Of a DNA stretch of 62,501 nucleotides, positions 36,618-45,646 are shown piece by piece. A program made the position numbers and the translations under genes. Origin of the DNA: Nitrosovibrio sp. Nv4. GTDB lineage: Bacteria; Pseudomonadota; Gammaproteobacteria; Burkholderiales; SG8-39. The stretch spans positions 1 through 62,501 of the forward strand of contig CAMDRF010000004.1 in the NCBI GenBank assembly GCA_945906765.1, read 5' to 3'. The stretch's first letter is position 1. Each line of letters starts with the position of its first letter. The notes below the pieces were generated by a model that did not search any database, was not told the DNA's origin, and saw only the letters and a program-made list of their open reading frames with translations.

Positions 36618-38627
36618 ATGTCGGCATCAGGGACCAAGCCCGAAGCGAAGAGCGGGCACACCGGGCACACGTTCCGCAGGTACAAGGACGGCGATCACGA
36701 GTGGGGTTCGGCGCAGGAGCAGATCTTCAGCGCCGACGAGACCGACAAGTGCCCGACCTACGTGCACAAGACCCCGCCCTGCCAGGCGAGTTGCCCGTCG
36801 GGCGAGGACATCCGCGGCTGGCTCAATATCGTGCGCGGGGTGGAAAAGGCGCCCAAGGGCACGAGCATGCAGGAGTACGCGTTCCAGCGTGTGAGCACCG
36901 CCAATCCGTTTCCCTCGATGATGGGGCGGGTGTGTCCGGCGCCCTGCCAGACCGGCTGCAATCGCAACGTCGTCGAAGACACCGTCGGCATCAACGCGGT
37001 CGAGCAGTACATCGGCGACTACGCGCTGGAGCAGAATTTCAGTTTTCAGGCGGGTCCCGAGACCGGCAAGAAGGTTGCCATCATTGGCGGCGGCCCGGCG
37101 GGACTCTCGGCGGCGTATCAGCTGCGTCTCAAAGGGCATGCGGTGACGCTTTACGACGATCACACCGAGCTGGGCGGCATGGCGAAGTACGGCGTGCCGG
37201 GCTACCGCCTGCCGCGCAAGCATCTGGACGGCGAGATCGACCGCATCACCGCGATGGGCGTGGAGGTCCGGCTCGGCACGCGCATCGGTACGGATATCCC
37301 GCTGCGAGATATCGAGGCGCAATTCGACGCCGTGCTGCTGGCGATCGGCCTCAAGGCCGGGCGCGGCTTGCCGGTGCCGGGCGCGGACGCGCCCAATTGC
37401 ATCAGCGGCGTCGCGTTTCTCGAGGCTTTCAACCAGGGGCGGCTTCAGTCCGTCGCGGGCCGCGTGGTGGTGGTCGGCGGCGGCGATACGTCGGTGGACG
37501 TGGTTTCGGTGGCGCGCAGGCTGGGCTATCTCGAAGACCTGAAGGAGACTGAGCGTCCCGAATTCGTCATCATGGGCCACACCGCGCACGACGTGTCGGC
37601 CACGGCGGCACGGGAAGGCGCCGACGTGATGCTGATCTCCATGCAACCGGTGGAGCAAATGAACGCCGCCAAGCATGAGATCGAGGACGCCCAGCGCGAG
37701 GGCGTGAAGATCCGCGGCAGCCTGTTGCCGGTGAAGGTTCTCCTCGACGAGAAGACCGGCCGCGCCAAGGCGCTGCGCGTGGTCGAGCTGGACTATTCGA
37801 GTGGCAAGATGGTGCAGAAACCCGGCACTGAAATGGACCTGGAAGCCGACCTGATCGTCTCGGCCATCGGCCAGTCCGGTAACTTTCAGGGCCTCGACGG
37901 CTTTGACAACGGCAAGGGTCTGGTGAACGCCGACAAGTTTTATCAAGTGCCGGGCAAGCCGGGTGTGTTCGCCTGTGGCGACGTCATCCGCCCGCATCTG
38001 CTCACTACGGTGATCGGCCAGGGGTCGATCGCCGCCGACAGCATCGACCGTTATCTGAACAAGCAGGAGATGGCGAAGCGGCCCAAGGTCGACGTGCACC
38101 ACTTCAACCTGCTCGACAAGCTGCGCGAAGTGAACCTTGAGCCCGAGCTGTTCAAGGCGCTTGAGGAGCCGGAGCTGCGCGAGATCGACCGTGGCCTGCG
38201 CGGCACCGACCTCGCCGGCAAAGCGGTGGGCGGCTTTGCGGTTCACAACTACGAGGACCGCAGCGCCGCGGAAGTCTGCAAGTCCGATGAGTTGTTCCTC
38301 GGCCATTTCCCCTATCAGGAGCGCATCAAGCGCAGCGAGATCGGCCCTTCGGCCGAGGAGGTGCTCGGTCACTTTGCCGAGCGTATGGTCGGCCTGAACG
38401 ACAAGCAGGCGGTGGACGAGGCCAAGCGCTGCATGAGCTGCGGCATGTGCTTCGAGTGCGACAACTGCGTCATCTACTGTCCGCAGATCGCGGTCAAACG
38501 CACTCCAAAGGCCGAAGCCACCATGGGCCGCTACGTCTACACCGACTACGACCTGTGCATCGGCTGCCACATCTGCGCCGATGTCTGCCCGACCGGCTAC
38601 ATCAAGATGGGCATGGGCGACCACTGA
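36618..38627 (+). CDS. dsrL: DsrL NAD(P)H:acceptor oxidoreductase
   Basis: GltD-like; GRVCPAPC, GGGPAG, GGGDT, C-terminal CMSCGMCFECDNC ferredoxin. Confidence 0.95.
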   Translation: MSASGTKPEAKSGHTGHTFRRYKDGDHEWGSAQEQIFSADETDKCPTYVHKTPPCQASCPSGEDIRGWLNIVRGVEKAPKGTSMQEYAFQRVSTANPFPSMMGRVCPAPCQTGCNRNVVEDTVGINAVEQYIGDYALEQNFSFQAGPETGKKVAIIGGGPAGLSAAYQLRLKGHAVTLYDDHTELGGMAKYGVPGYRLPRKHLDGEIDRITAMGVEVRLGTRIGTDIPLRDIEAQFDAVLLAIGLKAGRGLPVPGADAPNCISGVAFLEAFNQGRLQSVAGRVVVVGGGDTSVDVVSVARRLGYLEDLKETERPEFVIMGHTAHDVSATAAREGADVMLISMQPVEQMNAAKHEIEDAQREGVKIRGSLLPVKVLLDEKTGRAKALRVVELDYSSGKMVQKPGTEMDLEADLIVSAIGQSGNFQGLDGFDNGKGLVNADKFYQVPGKPGVFACGDVIRPHLLTTVIGQGSIAADSIDRYLNKQEMAKRPKVDVHHFNLLDKLREVNLEPELFKALEEPELREIDRGLRGTDLAGKAVGGFAVHNYEDRSAAEVCKSDELFLGHFPYQERIKRSEIGPSAEEVLGHFAERMVGLNDKQAVDEAKRCMSCGMCFECDNCVIYCPQIAVKRTPKAEATMGRYVYTDYDLCIGCHICADVCPTGYIKMGMGDH

Positions 38628-38643
38628 CCATCGGTGACGGAAA

Positions 38644-39027
38644 ATGAAGCAGCGCATTGCGGGGATGCTGGTGCTCGTGCTGCTGGCGGCGGGGTTCGCC
38701 GACGCGGGCGACAAGCGGCCCGCGCGCGTGGCGTTGCCGGCGATCAAGATAGAAAAAGGCGAAAAATGCGTAGCGCCGGTCGATGAAATGCGCCGCGACC
38801 ACATGAAGATGCTGCTGCACCAACGCGACAGGACCATGCGCCAGGGACTGCGCGAGCCCCTCTTCAGCCTGAAGAATTGCGTCGAATGCCACGCCGGCCG
38901 CGAGACCGGCAGCGTGCTCGGCAAGGACGGTTTTTGTTCGAGCTGCCACAGCTACGCCTCGGTCAAGATGGACTGCTTCGAGTGCCATACGCCGCTGCGG
39001 CAAAAGAAGGTGGCGGGCAAACCGTGA
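38644..39027 (+). CDS. dsrJ: DsrJ trihaem cytochrome c
   Basis: CVECH, CSSCH, CFECH; MRRDHM. Confidence 0.93.
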   Translation: MKQRIAGMLVLVLLAAGFADAGDKRPARVALPAIKIEKGEKCVAPVDEMRRDHMKMLLHQRDRTMRQGLREPLFSLKNCVECHAGRETGSVLGKDGFCSSCHSYASVKMDCFECHTPLRQKKVAGKP

Positions 39028-39749
39028 ATCCCGAGCGCCGCCAGGTGCTGGGTTGGGGCGCCGCCGCAGCAGCCGGCGCGGTGTTGGCGCCGGGCCTCAG
39101 CCTGATCGAACTTGCGCGGGCCCGCTCTCCCGAGGAGGCCGCCTCCGCCCTGCAGCGCTGGGGGCTGCTGATCGACATCTCGAAGTGCGGGGAGTGCAAT
39201 GACTGCGTGACCGCGTGTCACGAAGAAAACGGCGTGACGGGCCACGGCCGCCCCGAGACCGACGCGCAGTGGATCCGCAAGGTGAACCTGCGCGACAAGC
39301 GCACCGGCCATGCGCAGACGCTGCCGATGATGTGCCAGCACTGCGAGGACCCGCCGTGCGTGGATGTGTGCCCGACCGGCGCCTCGTTCAAGCGCGAGGA
39401 CGGCATCGTGCTGGTTGACAAGCACACCTGCATCGGCTGCCGCTACTGCGTCATGGCGTGCCCGTACGGCGCGCGCTCCTTCATCCACGAGGCGGTGAGC
39501 GGCCAGAAGGCGGACGTGCCGCGCGGCAAGGGCACGGTGGAGTCCTGCACCCTGTGCGTGCACCGCGTGGATCGCGGCGAGACCCCAGCCTGCGTGGAAG
39601 CGTGCAATCGGGATGGCGGCAAGGCGATGGTGTTCGGCGACCTCAACGATTCCTCGGCCGAGATCCACCGCCGCCTGCGCAGCGAGCCCTCGAGCCAGGT
39701 GCGCGCCGATCTCGCGCTCAACACCGGCGTGCGTTACCAGGGCCTGTAA
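39024..39749 (+). CDS. dsrO: DsrO periplasmic Fe-S protein
   Basis: ERRQVL Tat-like signal; CQHCEDPPC, CIGCRYC, CTLC. Confidence 0.93.
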   Translation: MNPERRQVLGWGAAAAAGAVLAPGLSLIELARARSPEEAASALQRWGLLIDISKCGECNDCVTACHEENGVTGHGRPETDAQWIRKVNLRDKRTGHAQTLPMMCQHCEDPPCVDVCPTGASFKREDGIVLVDKHTCIGCRYCVMACPYGARSFIHEAVSGQKADVPRGKGTVESCTLCVHRVDRGETPACVEACNRDGGKAMVFGDLNDSSAEIHRRLRSEPSSQVRADLALNTGVRYQGL

Positions 39750-39751
39750 CC

Positions 39752-40948
39752 GTGGCGAGCGTCCAGTACCGCGAGATCGACGGCCGCAGCGGCGGCTTTT
39801 ACGCTCTGCTCGGCGGGCTCGGCGTTCTCATCGCGGCCGGCCTCGGCGCCGCCTGGAGCATGGAGCATCACGGCCACGCGGTCACCGGCATGAGCAACCG
39901 GATCGTATGGGGAATGCCGCATGTGTTCGCGCTGTTCCTGATCGTCGCCGCCTCGGGCGCGCTCAACGTCGCCTCGATCGCCTCGGTGTTCGGCCGCGAT
40001 TTATACAAGCCGCTCGCCCGGCTCTCCGGTCTGCTCGCGATCACGCTGCTTGCCGGCGGCCTTGCGGTGCTGGTGCTCGATCTCGGGCGCCCCGACCGCC
40101 TGATCGTGGCCATGACCTACTACAACTTCAAATCGATCTTCGCCTGGAACGTCTTCCTCTACACCGGTTTCTTCGCCGTGGCGGCGCTCTACCTGTGGAC
40201 CCTGTTCGAGCGGCGTATGAACGGCTACAGCAAGCGCGCGGGCCTGCTCGCGTTCCTCTGGCGCCTGGTCCTCACCACCGGCACCGGCTCGATCTTCGGC
40301 TTGCTCGTCGCGCGCGAGCCCTGGAACAGCGCGCTGCTCGCGCCCCTCTTCATCGTCATGTCGTTCTCCTTCGGGCTGGCGGTCTTCGTGCTGGTGCTGA
40401 TGGCGGCCTGCCGCTGGAGCGGCCGCGCGCTGGGCGACGTGGTGCTGAACCGGCTCGGCAAGCTGCTCGGCGTGTTCGTCGCGGTGGTCCTGTATTTCGT
40501 CGCGGTCCAGCACCTCACCAACCTCTATATCGCGCGCCAGCACGAGGTCGAGCGCTTCTTTCTCTGGGATGGAGGGATCTACCCCGCGCTCTTCTGGTTC
40601 GGCCAGATCCTGATTGGCGGCATTCTGCCCCTGGTTCTGTTGTTCAAACTCCCGTCGCGTCGCGCCATCGCAGCAGCGGCGGCGGGCGTGATTCTGGGCG
40701 GCTTCGCCCAGCTCTACGTGATCATCATCGGCGGGCAGGCCTACCCCCAGTTGATGTTCCCGGACAAGCATGTCGCGAGCAGCTTCTTCGACGGCGTGGT
40801 GGCCGCCTACTCCCCCAGCCTGCCGGAAGTGGCGCTCGGCGCGGGCGGCGTGGCGCTCGCGCTGGCGCTCACCGCCGTGGCGCTCAAGGTGCTGCCGTTC
40901 CTGCCGCGCAGCCTCGCGGACGGCGACGTCGATCCGGCGGCGGCGTGA
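39752..40948 (+). CDS. dsrP: DsrP NrfD-family membrane protein
   Basis: TGMSNRIVWG, LDLGRPDRL, IIGGQAYP. Confidence 0.93.
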   Translation: MASVQYREIDGRSGGFYALLGGLGVLIAAGLGAAWSMEHHGHAVTGMSNRIVWGMPHVFALFLIVAASGALNVASIASVFGRDLYKPLARLSGLLAITLLAGGLAVLVLDLGRPDRLIVAMTYYNFKSIFAWNVFLYTGFFAVAALYLWTLFERRMNGYSKRAGLLAFLWRLVLTTGTGSIFGLLVAREPWNSALLAPLFIVMSFSFGLAVFVLVLMAACRWSGRALGDVVLNRLGKLLGVFVAVVLYFVAVQHLTNLYIARQHEVERFFLWDGGIYPALFWFGQILIGGILPLVLLFKLPSRRAIAAAAAGVILGGFAQLYVIIIGGQAYPQLMFPDKHVASSFFDGVVAAYSPSLPEVALGAGGVALALALTAVALKVLPFLPRSLADGDVDPAAA

Positions 40949-42348
40949 ACCGCCTCCTCATCTCCGCGGCCCACAAGTCCTCGGGCAAGACCACGGTATG
41001 CATCGGCTTGTGCGCCGCGCTGCGCGCGCGCGGCGCGGTGGTGCAGCCGTTCAAGAAAGGCCCGGACTACATCGATCCGCTATGGCTCGGCCTCGCGGCC
41101 GGGCGGCCCTGCTACAACCTCGACCCCTACCTGAGCGGCGCGGAGGAGATCCGCGCCGAATTTGCGCGGCGCATGCATGGCGCATCGCTCGGCTTGGTGG
41201 AAGGCAACAAGGGCCTGTACGACGGGCTCGACCTGGACGGCAGCAACAGCAACGCCGCGCTCGCCGCGCTGATCGGCGCGCCGGTGGTGCTGGTGATTGA
41301 CGCGCGCGGCATGACACGCGGCATCGCGCCGCTCATTCTCGGCTACCAGGCGTTCGACGCCAACATCCGCATCGCCGGCGTGATCCTCAATCAGCTCGGC
41401 GGCGCGCGCCACGAGGCGAAGCTGCGCGCGGTGATCCGGCACTACACCGGCATTCCGGTACTGGGCGCCGTGCAGCACGACGAGCGCATGGCCATCGTGG
41501 AGCGTCACCTGGGCCTCGTGCCGAGCAACGAGACCGATTCCGCGCGCGCGTGCGTGGACGAAATCGCGGCGCGCATCGCCGCCCAGGTCGATCTCGACGA
41601 GGTGCTCGCGGTCGCCCGTCAGGCGGGACCGCTCGGCACGGCCGAGCCGATTTCAAATGCCAGGTGCGGCCCCTCGGTGCGCGTGGGCATCGCGCGCGAC
41701 GCCGCGTTCGGCTTCTACTACCCGGGCGATCTCGAGGCCTTGCGCGCCGCCGGGGCGGAGCTCGTAGCCTTCGACGCCCTGCACGATGCGCATCTGCCGC
41801 CGGTGGACGGTCTGTTCATCGGCGGCGGATTCCCCGAAACCCACATGGATACGCTCGCCGCGAACAGCAGCCTGCGCGCCGAACTGCGCGCCGCGATCGA
41901 CGCGGGACTCCCGGCGTATGCCGAGTGCGGCGGGCTCATGTACCTTGCGCGCGGCATCGAGTGGAACGGGCGCCGCGCCGAGATGGTCGGTGTCGTCCCG
42001 GCCGACATCGTCATGCACGCCCGTCCGGTCGGGCGCGGCTACGTGCACCTGCGCGAAACCGGCCGCGGGTTGTGGCCGGCGCCGCAGGCCGGCGAAGCGG
42101 CGCTCATCCGGGCGCACGAATTTCACTACTCGAGCGTCGAGAATCTCGCGCCGGGCGTCGAGTTCGCCTATGAGGTGGAGCGCGGTCATGGCATCGACGG
42201 CCGGCACGACGGCATCGTGCACAAGAACCTGCTGGCATCGTATGCCCACCTGCGCGACGTCCGAGGCAACCCGTGGGCGCGGCGCTTTGTCGATTTCGTG
42301 AGGAGTTGCCATCATGCCGCGGGCCTGGAGCACCGGCTGACGCCATGA
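40945..42348 (+). CDS. dsrN: DsrN siroheme amidase (cobyrinate a,c-diamide synthase-like)
   Basis: SSGKTT, KKGPDYID, GGGFPE, AECGG, HEFHYS. Confidence 0.92.
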   Translation: MNRLLISAAHKSSGKTTVCIGLCAALRARGAVVQPFKKGPDYIDPLWLGLAAGRPCYNLDPYLSGAEEIRAEFARRMHGASLGLVEGNKGLYDGLDLDGSNSNAALAALIGAPVVLVIDARGMTRGIAPLILGYQAFDANIRIAGVILNQLGGARHEAKLRAVIRHYTGIPVLGAVQHDERMAIVERHLGLVPSNETDSARACVDEIAARIAAQVDLDEVLAVARQAGPLGTAEPISNARCGPSVRVGIARDAAFGFYYPGDLEALRAAGAELVAFDALHDAHLPPVDGLFIGGGFPETHMDTLAANSSLRAELRAAIDAGLPAYAECGGLMYLARGIEWNGRRAEMVGVVPADIVMHARPVGRGYVHLRETGRGLWPAPQAGEAALIRAHEFHYSSVENLAPGVEFAYEVERGHGIDGRHDGIVHKNLLASYAHLRDVRGNPWARRFVDFVRSCHHAAGLEHRLTP

Positions 42349-42662
42349 TCATCATCACGCCGCAGGCCGCGGAGCAGATCGCCAGGTCGGCGCAGCAGGC
42401 CGGCCCGGGCGAGGTCTGGCTGCGCCTTGCAGCGCGCCTGGACGACAAGGGCGTGATCGAGTACGGCATGGGCTTGGACGCCAAGGCCGATGGCGACCTG
42501 GCGTTCGCGGTGGGCGGGATCAGCCTGCTGGTGTCCCCAGGCAGCGTCGAGCTGCTCACCGGCGCGACGCTCGATTACGTGGAAATCAATCCCGGCGAGC
42601 CGCGCTTCATCTTCAGCAACCCGAACGACCCTTCGCACAAGGCGCCCAAGGCAATCGGGTAA
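42345..42662 (+). CDS. dsrR: DsrR (IscA-like, lacking Cys ligands)
   Basis: IITPQAA, EYGMG, LDYVE, FIFSNPND; follows dsrN. Confidence 0.85.
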   Translation: MIIITPQAAEQIARSAQQAGPGEVWLRLAARLDDKGVIEYGMGLDAKADGDLAFAVGGISLLVSPGSVELLTGATLDYVEINPGEPRFIFSNPNDPSHKAPKAIG

Positions 42663-42709
42663 CGGCGGGAACTGGACGCCACGGCACGGGGAAGTTAGGC
42701 TGGGCACCC

Positions 42710-43846
42710 ATGTCGGATCCCGCTGTCCCCCATTCAGGCGCAGGCGCGCCGGCATCCGCGGAGAAATCCGGATCCTTGCCGCAAACTCAGGCGGTGCGCC
42801 TGGCGCGCAAGACGCAATCGCTCGACATCCTCTACGAGGTTGCGGCCAGCCTCAACCAGGCCGGCAGCCTGGAGCAGTTGATTGGCAGCTTTCTGGACGT
42901 GTTGATCGATCTGCTGGATGCGCGCGGGGGGGGCGTACGGCTTGCGGCGGCGGACGGGCAGAGTCGCCTTGTTGCAAGCCGCGGCCTCGCGCCGGAAGCA
43001 ATCGAGCGCGACCGGGCCCAGTCCATTGAAATTCCGGTGCAGTATCAGGGCCGCGTCCTCGGCGTGTACAACCTGCTTCTCGACCGTCCGCTCGCAGCCA
43101 TGGGCGAAGACCTGCCCGACCTTCTGGTCAGCGTCGGCCGGCATCTCGGCCTGGCGATCGAAAAAACGCGCCTGGAAGGCGAGGCGCGCCGCCTTGCAAT
43201 CATGGAAGAGCGCAACATCATCGGCAACGAGCTGCACGATTCCCTGGCGCAGTCGCTGATCGGCATGCGGCTGCAGCTGAATGTGCTGGGCGAATCGCTC
43301 GCGCGCAAGGACTTCGGCGCCGCCCGCTATGAGGTCAAGGCACTGCAGCGCGCGATGCAGCAGGCGAGCGCGGACCTGCGCAGCCTGCTCACCGATTTCC
43401 GGCTGAAGATTGACGAAGCGGGCCTCGCGCAGACGGTTGCCAAGCTCGTCGAACGATTCCGCCGGGAAACCGGCATCGCGGTGTTCTTCCAGAACGAATG
43501 CCAGGCGCTCGCGCTCAGCGCCGCGCAGGAGATTCAGGTCTACTACATCATCCAGGAGGCCCTCGCCAATATCCGCAAGCACGCCCGCGCCCGCAACGTG
43601 CGCATCCTGCTCAATAACGAGGGCGATCTCTACACCGTTCTGATCGAGGATGACGGCCTCGGCATGGCGGGACCGGAGGAGCCGATGCCCGCCGAGCACG
43701 CCGGGCTCGACATCATGCGCGAGCGCACCGAACGCTTGCCGGGCCAGATCGTGATCGAGAGCGAACCGGGCGAAGGCACGCGGATCGTGTTGATCTTCAA
43801 TGCGCCGCCGCAGGCCGGGGCATCCATGGCCGCGGCGGGACGCTGA
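42710..43846 (+). CDS. Soluble HisKA_3 sensor histidine kinase with GAF-like region (NarX-like core)
   Basis: EERNIIGNELHDSLAQ, QEALANIRKHA, EDDGLG, GEGT; no TM segment visible. Confidence 0.88.
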   Translation: MSDPAVPHSGAGAPASAEKSGSLPQTQAVRLARKTQSLDILYEVAASLNQAGSLEQLIGSFLDVLIDLLDARGGGVRLAAADGQSRLVASRGLAPEAIERDRAQSIEIPVQYQGRVLGVYNLLLDRPLAAMGEDLPDLLVSVGRHLGLAIEKTRLEGEARRLAIMEERNIIGNELHDSLAQSLIGMRLQLNVLGESLARKDFGAARYEVKALQRAMQQASADLRSLLTDFRLKIDEAGLAQTVAKLVERFRRETGIAVFFQNECQALALSAAQEIQVYYIIQEALANIRKHARARNVRILLNNEGDLYTVLIEDDGLGMAGPEEPMPAEHAGLDIMRERTERLPGQIVIESEPGEGTRIVLIFNAPPQAGASMAAAGR

Positions 43847-43847
43847 C

Positions 43848-44525
43848 ATGCGCGTGCTGCTCATCGACGACCATGCCCTGGTGCGCAAGGGCATCGGCGA
43901 GCTGCTGCAAAGCCGCGGCGCCCAGGTGGTGGCCTCGGTGAGCTCTGGCGAGGAAGGTGTGCGCCGCGCGGTCGAATTGCTCCCGGACATCATCCTGCTG
44001 GACGTGAAGATGCCGGGTGTGAACGGCATCGAAACCGTCGAGCGGCTGCGCGCCGCCGGGGTCAGCGCGCCGGTGGTGATGCTGACCATGAGCCGCGAGG
44101 ACGCGGAGCTCGGCGCCGCGCTGCGCGCCGGCGCGCAGGGCTATCTGCTGAAAGACATGGAACCGGAGGAACTGCTGCCGGCTCTGCAAGCGGCACTGCG
44201 CGGAGAAAGCGTGGTGGCCCGCGAGATGGTCGGGACGCTCGCAGATATCGTGCGCGATGACGCGGGCGCGAGGCCGGCGGCGCCGCGCCCGGCCGATCCG
44301 TTCGCCGGGCTCACGCCGCGCGAGCTGGAGATTCTCGGGCTCGTCGCCGACGGATCGAGCAACAAGATGATCGCGCGCGCGTTGTCGATCACCGATGGCA
44401 CGGTCAAGCTGCACGTGAAGGCGATCCTGCGCAAGCTCGGCATGCGCTCGCGCGTCGAGGCCGCCGTGGCGGCGGCAGGGCACGGTCTGGGAAAGAACAG
44501 GAAAAAACCGGGCGCCGTTTCTTGA
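43848..44525 (+). CDS. NarL/LuxR-family response regulator
   Basis: LIDDH, LLDVKMP, GYLLK, LTPRELEIL...TVKLHVKAILRKL. Confidence 0.92.
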   Translation: MRVLLIDDHALVRKGIGELLQSRGAQVVASVSSGEEGVRRAVELLPDIILLDVKMPGVNGIETVERLRAAGVSAPVVMLTMSREDAELGAALRAGAQGYLLKDMEPEELLPALQAALRGESVVAREMVGTLADIVRDDAGARPAAPRPADPFAGLTPRELEILGLVADGSSNKMIARALSITDGTVKLHVKAILRKLGMRSRVEAAVAAAGHGLGKNRKKPGAVS

Positions 44526-44538
44526 TGCGTCTGTGTGC

Positions 44539-45612
44539 TTACTCCAGCGTGTTGACGAACAACTGCGTGCGCGCCAATCCGCGCTCCAGCAGCAGGTATT
44601 CCGCCGCGTTTGTCAGCGGTGCGGGCCCTGCAACGTAAACGTCGCAGCTCTCCAGCCCGGCATGGGCGGCCAGCGCCTGCGGTAGGACGCGTTCGACGGC
44701 CTCCCGCGACCAGGCGCCCTGCAGAGTCAAGGGGAGGTAGCGGAAATCGTCCAGCGCGTCGCTCCATGAGCGGCACAGATTGTCGAGGTAGTGGCCGTCG
44801 TTGGCGGCGAGCCAGATGAGACTCAGCGATTCCGCCGATTCGAGCGCCATGGCATGCTCGATCAGGCTCTTGATGGGCGCGAAACCGGCGCCGCCCGCGA
44901 TGAATACGAGTGCGCGGTTCGATTCTTCGTTCAGCACGAAGCCACCGCGTGGTCCCTCGATTCGCACTGTGTCCGCACCGCCCAGGCCCTCGAACACGCG
45001 CGCGGCAAAGGTGTCGCCCGCGTGCCGGCGAACGTGGAATTGCAGGTTGCGGTCGTCGCAAGGACAGCTTGCCACCGGATAGGAGGCCGATATGCCACCG
45101 GGCAATTCGAGCGCTACCGACTGGCCGGCGAGAAAGCGCAGCCGATTGCTGCGCGGTGTCTGCAGGTGCAGCAGCCGCATGTCTTCGGCAAGCGGGGTGA
45201 CTGACTTTACCCGGGCCTCGATGTTCTGCAAGGGCATGTCGGTGGCGCCGTGCGCCTCGCGCGCCTCGAGCACGAGGTCGCCAACGGCCGTGTTGCAGCA
45301 CAGGAGCACGACCCCGGCGCCTTTCTCCGCCGCGCTCAACACGTAGTCAGAGTGGCGCGTTTTCTGCACTTGGCCCGAGAGCACTTTCGCCTTGCATTTG
45401 CCGCAACCGCCGGCGCTGCAGCCGTAGTCGAGCGCGAGCCCGGCGCGCAGCGCCGCCTCGAGCAGGTTGTCGCTGCCTTCGACGAAGAACTCGTGACCGC
45501 TCGGCATGAGCTGAACGTGCGCCGTCATGATCCTCAGAAAATCCTGCTGCATCCGCAGCGGCCGCGGTTCTCCGCTCCGCGCGGCCCTGGACAGGGTAAG
45601 CAGCTGGGACAT
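44539..45612 (-). CDS. 2Fe-2S ferredoxin-FAD/NAD(P)-binding oxidoreductase
   Basis: YGCSAGGCGKC...LLCC, FLAGQ, IEGPRG, AGGAGFAP, YVAGP; start uncertain. Confidence 0.85.
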   Translation of the reverse strand: MSQLLTLSRAARSGEPRPLRMQQDFLRIMTAHVQLMPSGHEFFVEGSDNLLEAALRAGLALDYGCSAGGCGKCKAKVLSGQVQKTRHSDYVLSAAEKGAGVVLLCCNTAVGDLVLEAREAHGATDMPLQNIEARVKSVTPLAEDMRLLHLQTPRSNRLRFLAGQSVALELPGGISASYPVASCPCDDRNLQFHVRRHAGDTFAARVFEGLGGADTVRIEGPRGGFVLNEESNRALVFIAGGAGFAPIKSLIEHAMALESAESLSLIWLAANDGHYLDNLCRSWSDALDDFRYLPLTLQGAWSREAVERVLPQALAAHAGLESCDVYVAGPAPLTNAAEYLLLERGLARTQLFVNTLE

Positions 45613-45646
45613 GCGGCGCTCGATTTGCAACTATCATATCGGCAGC

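Noticed and set aside
39613-40944. Apparent 911-aa DsrN fusion
   Set aside because: The upstream part is an off-frame read-through over dsrO/dsrP; DsrN starts at GTG 40945
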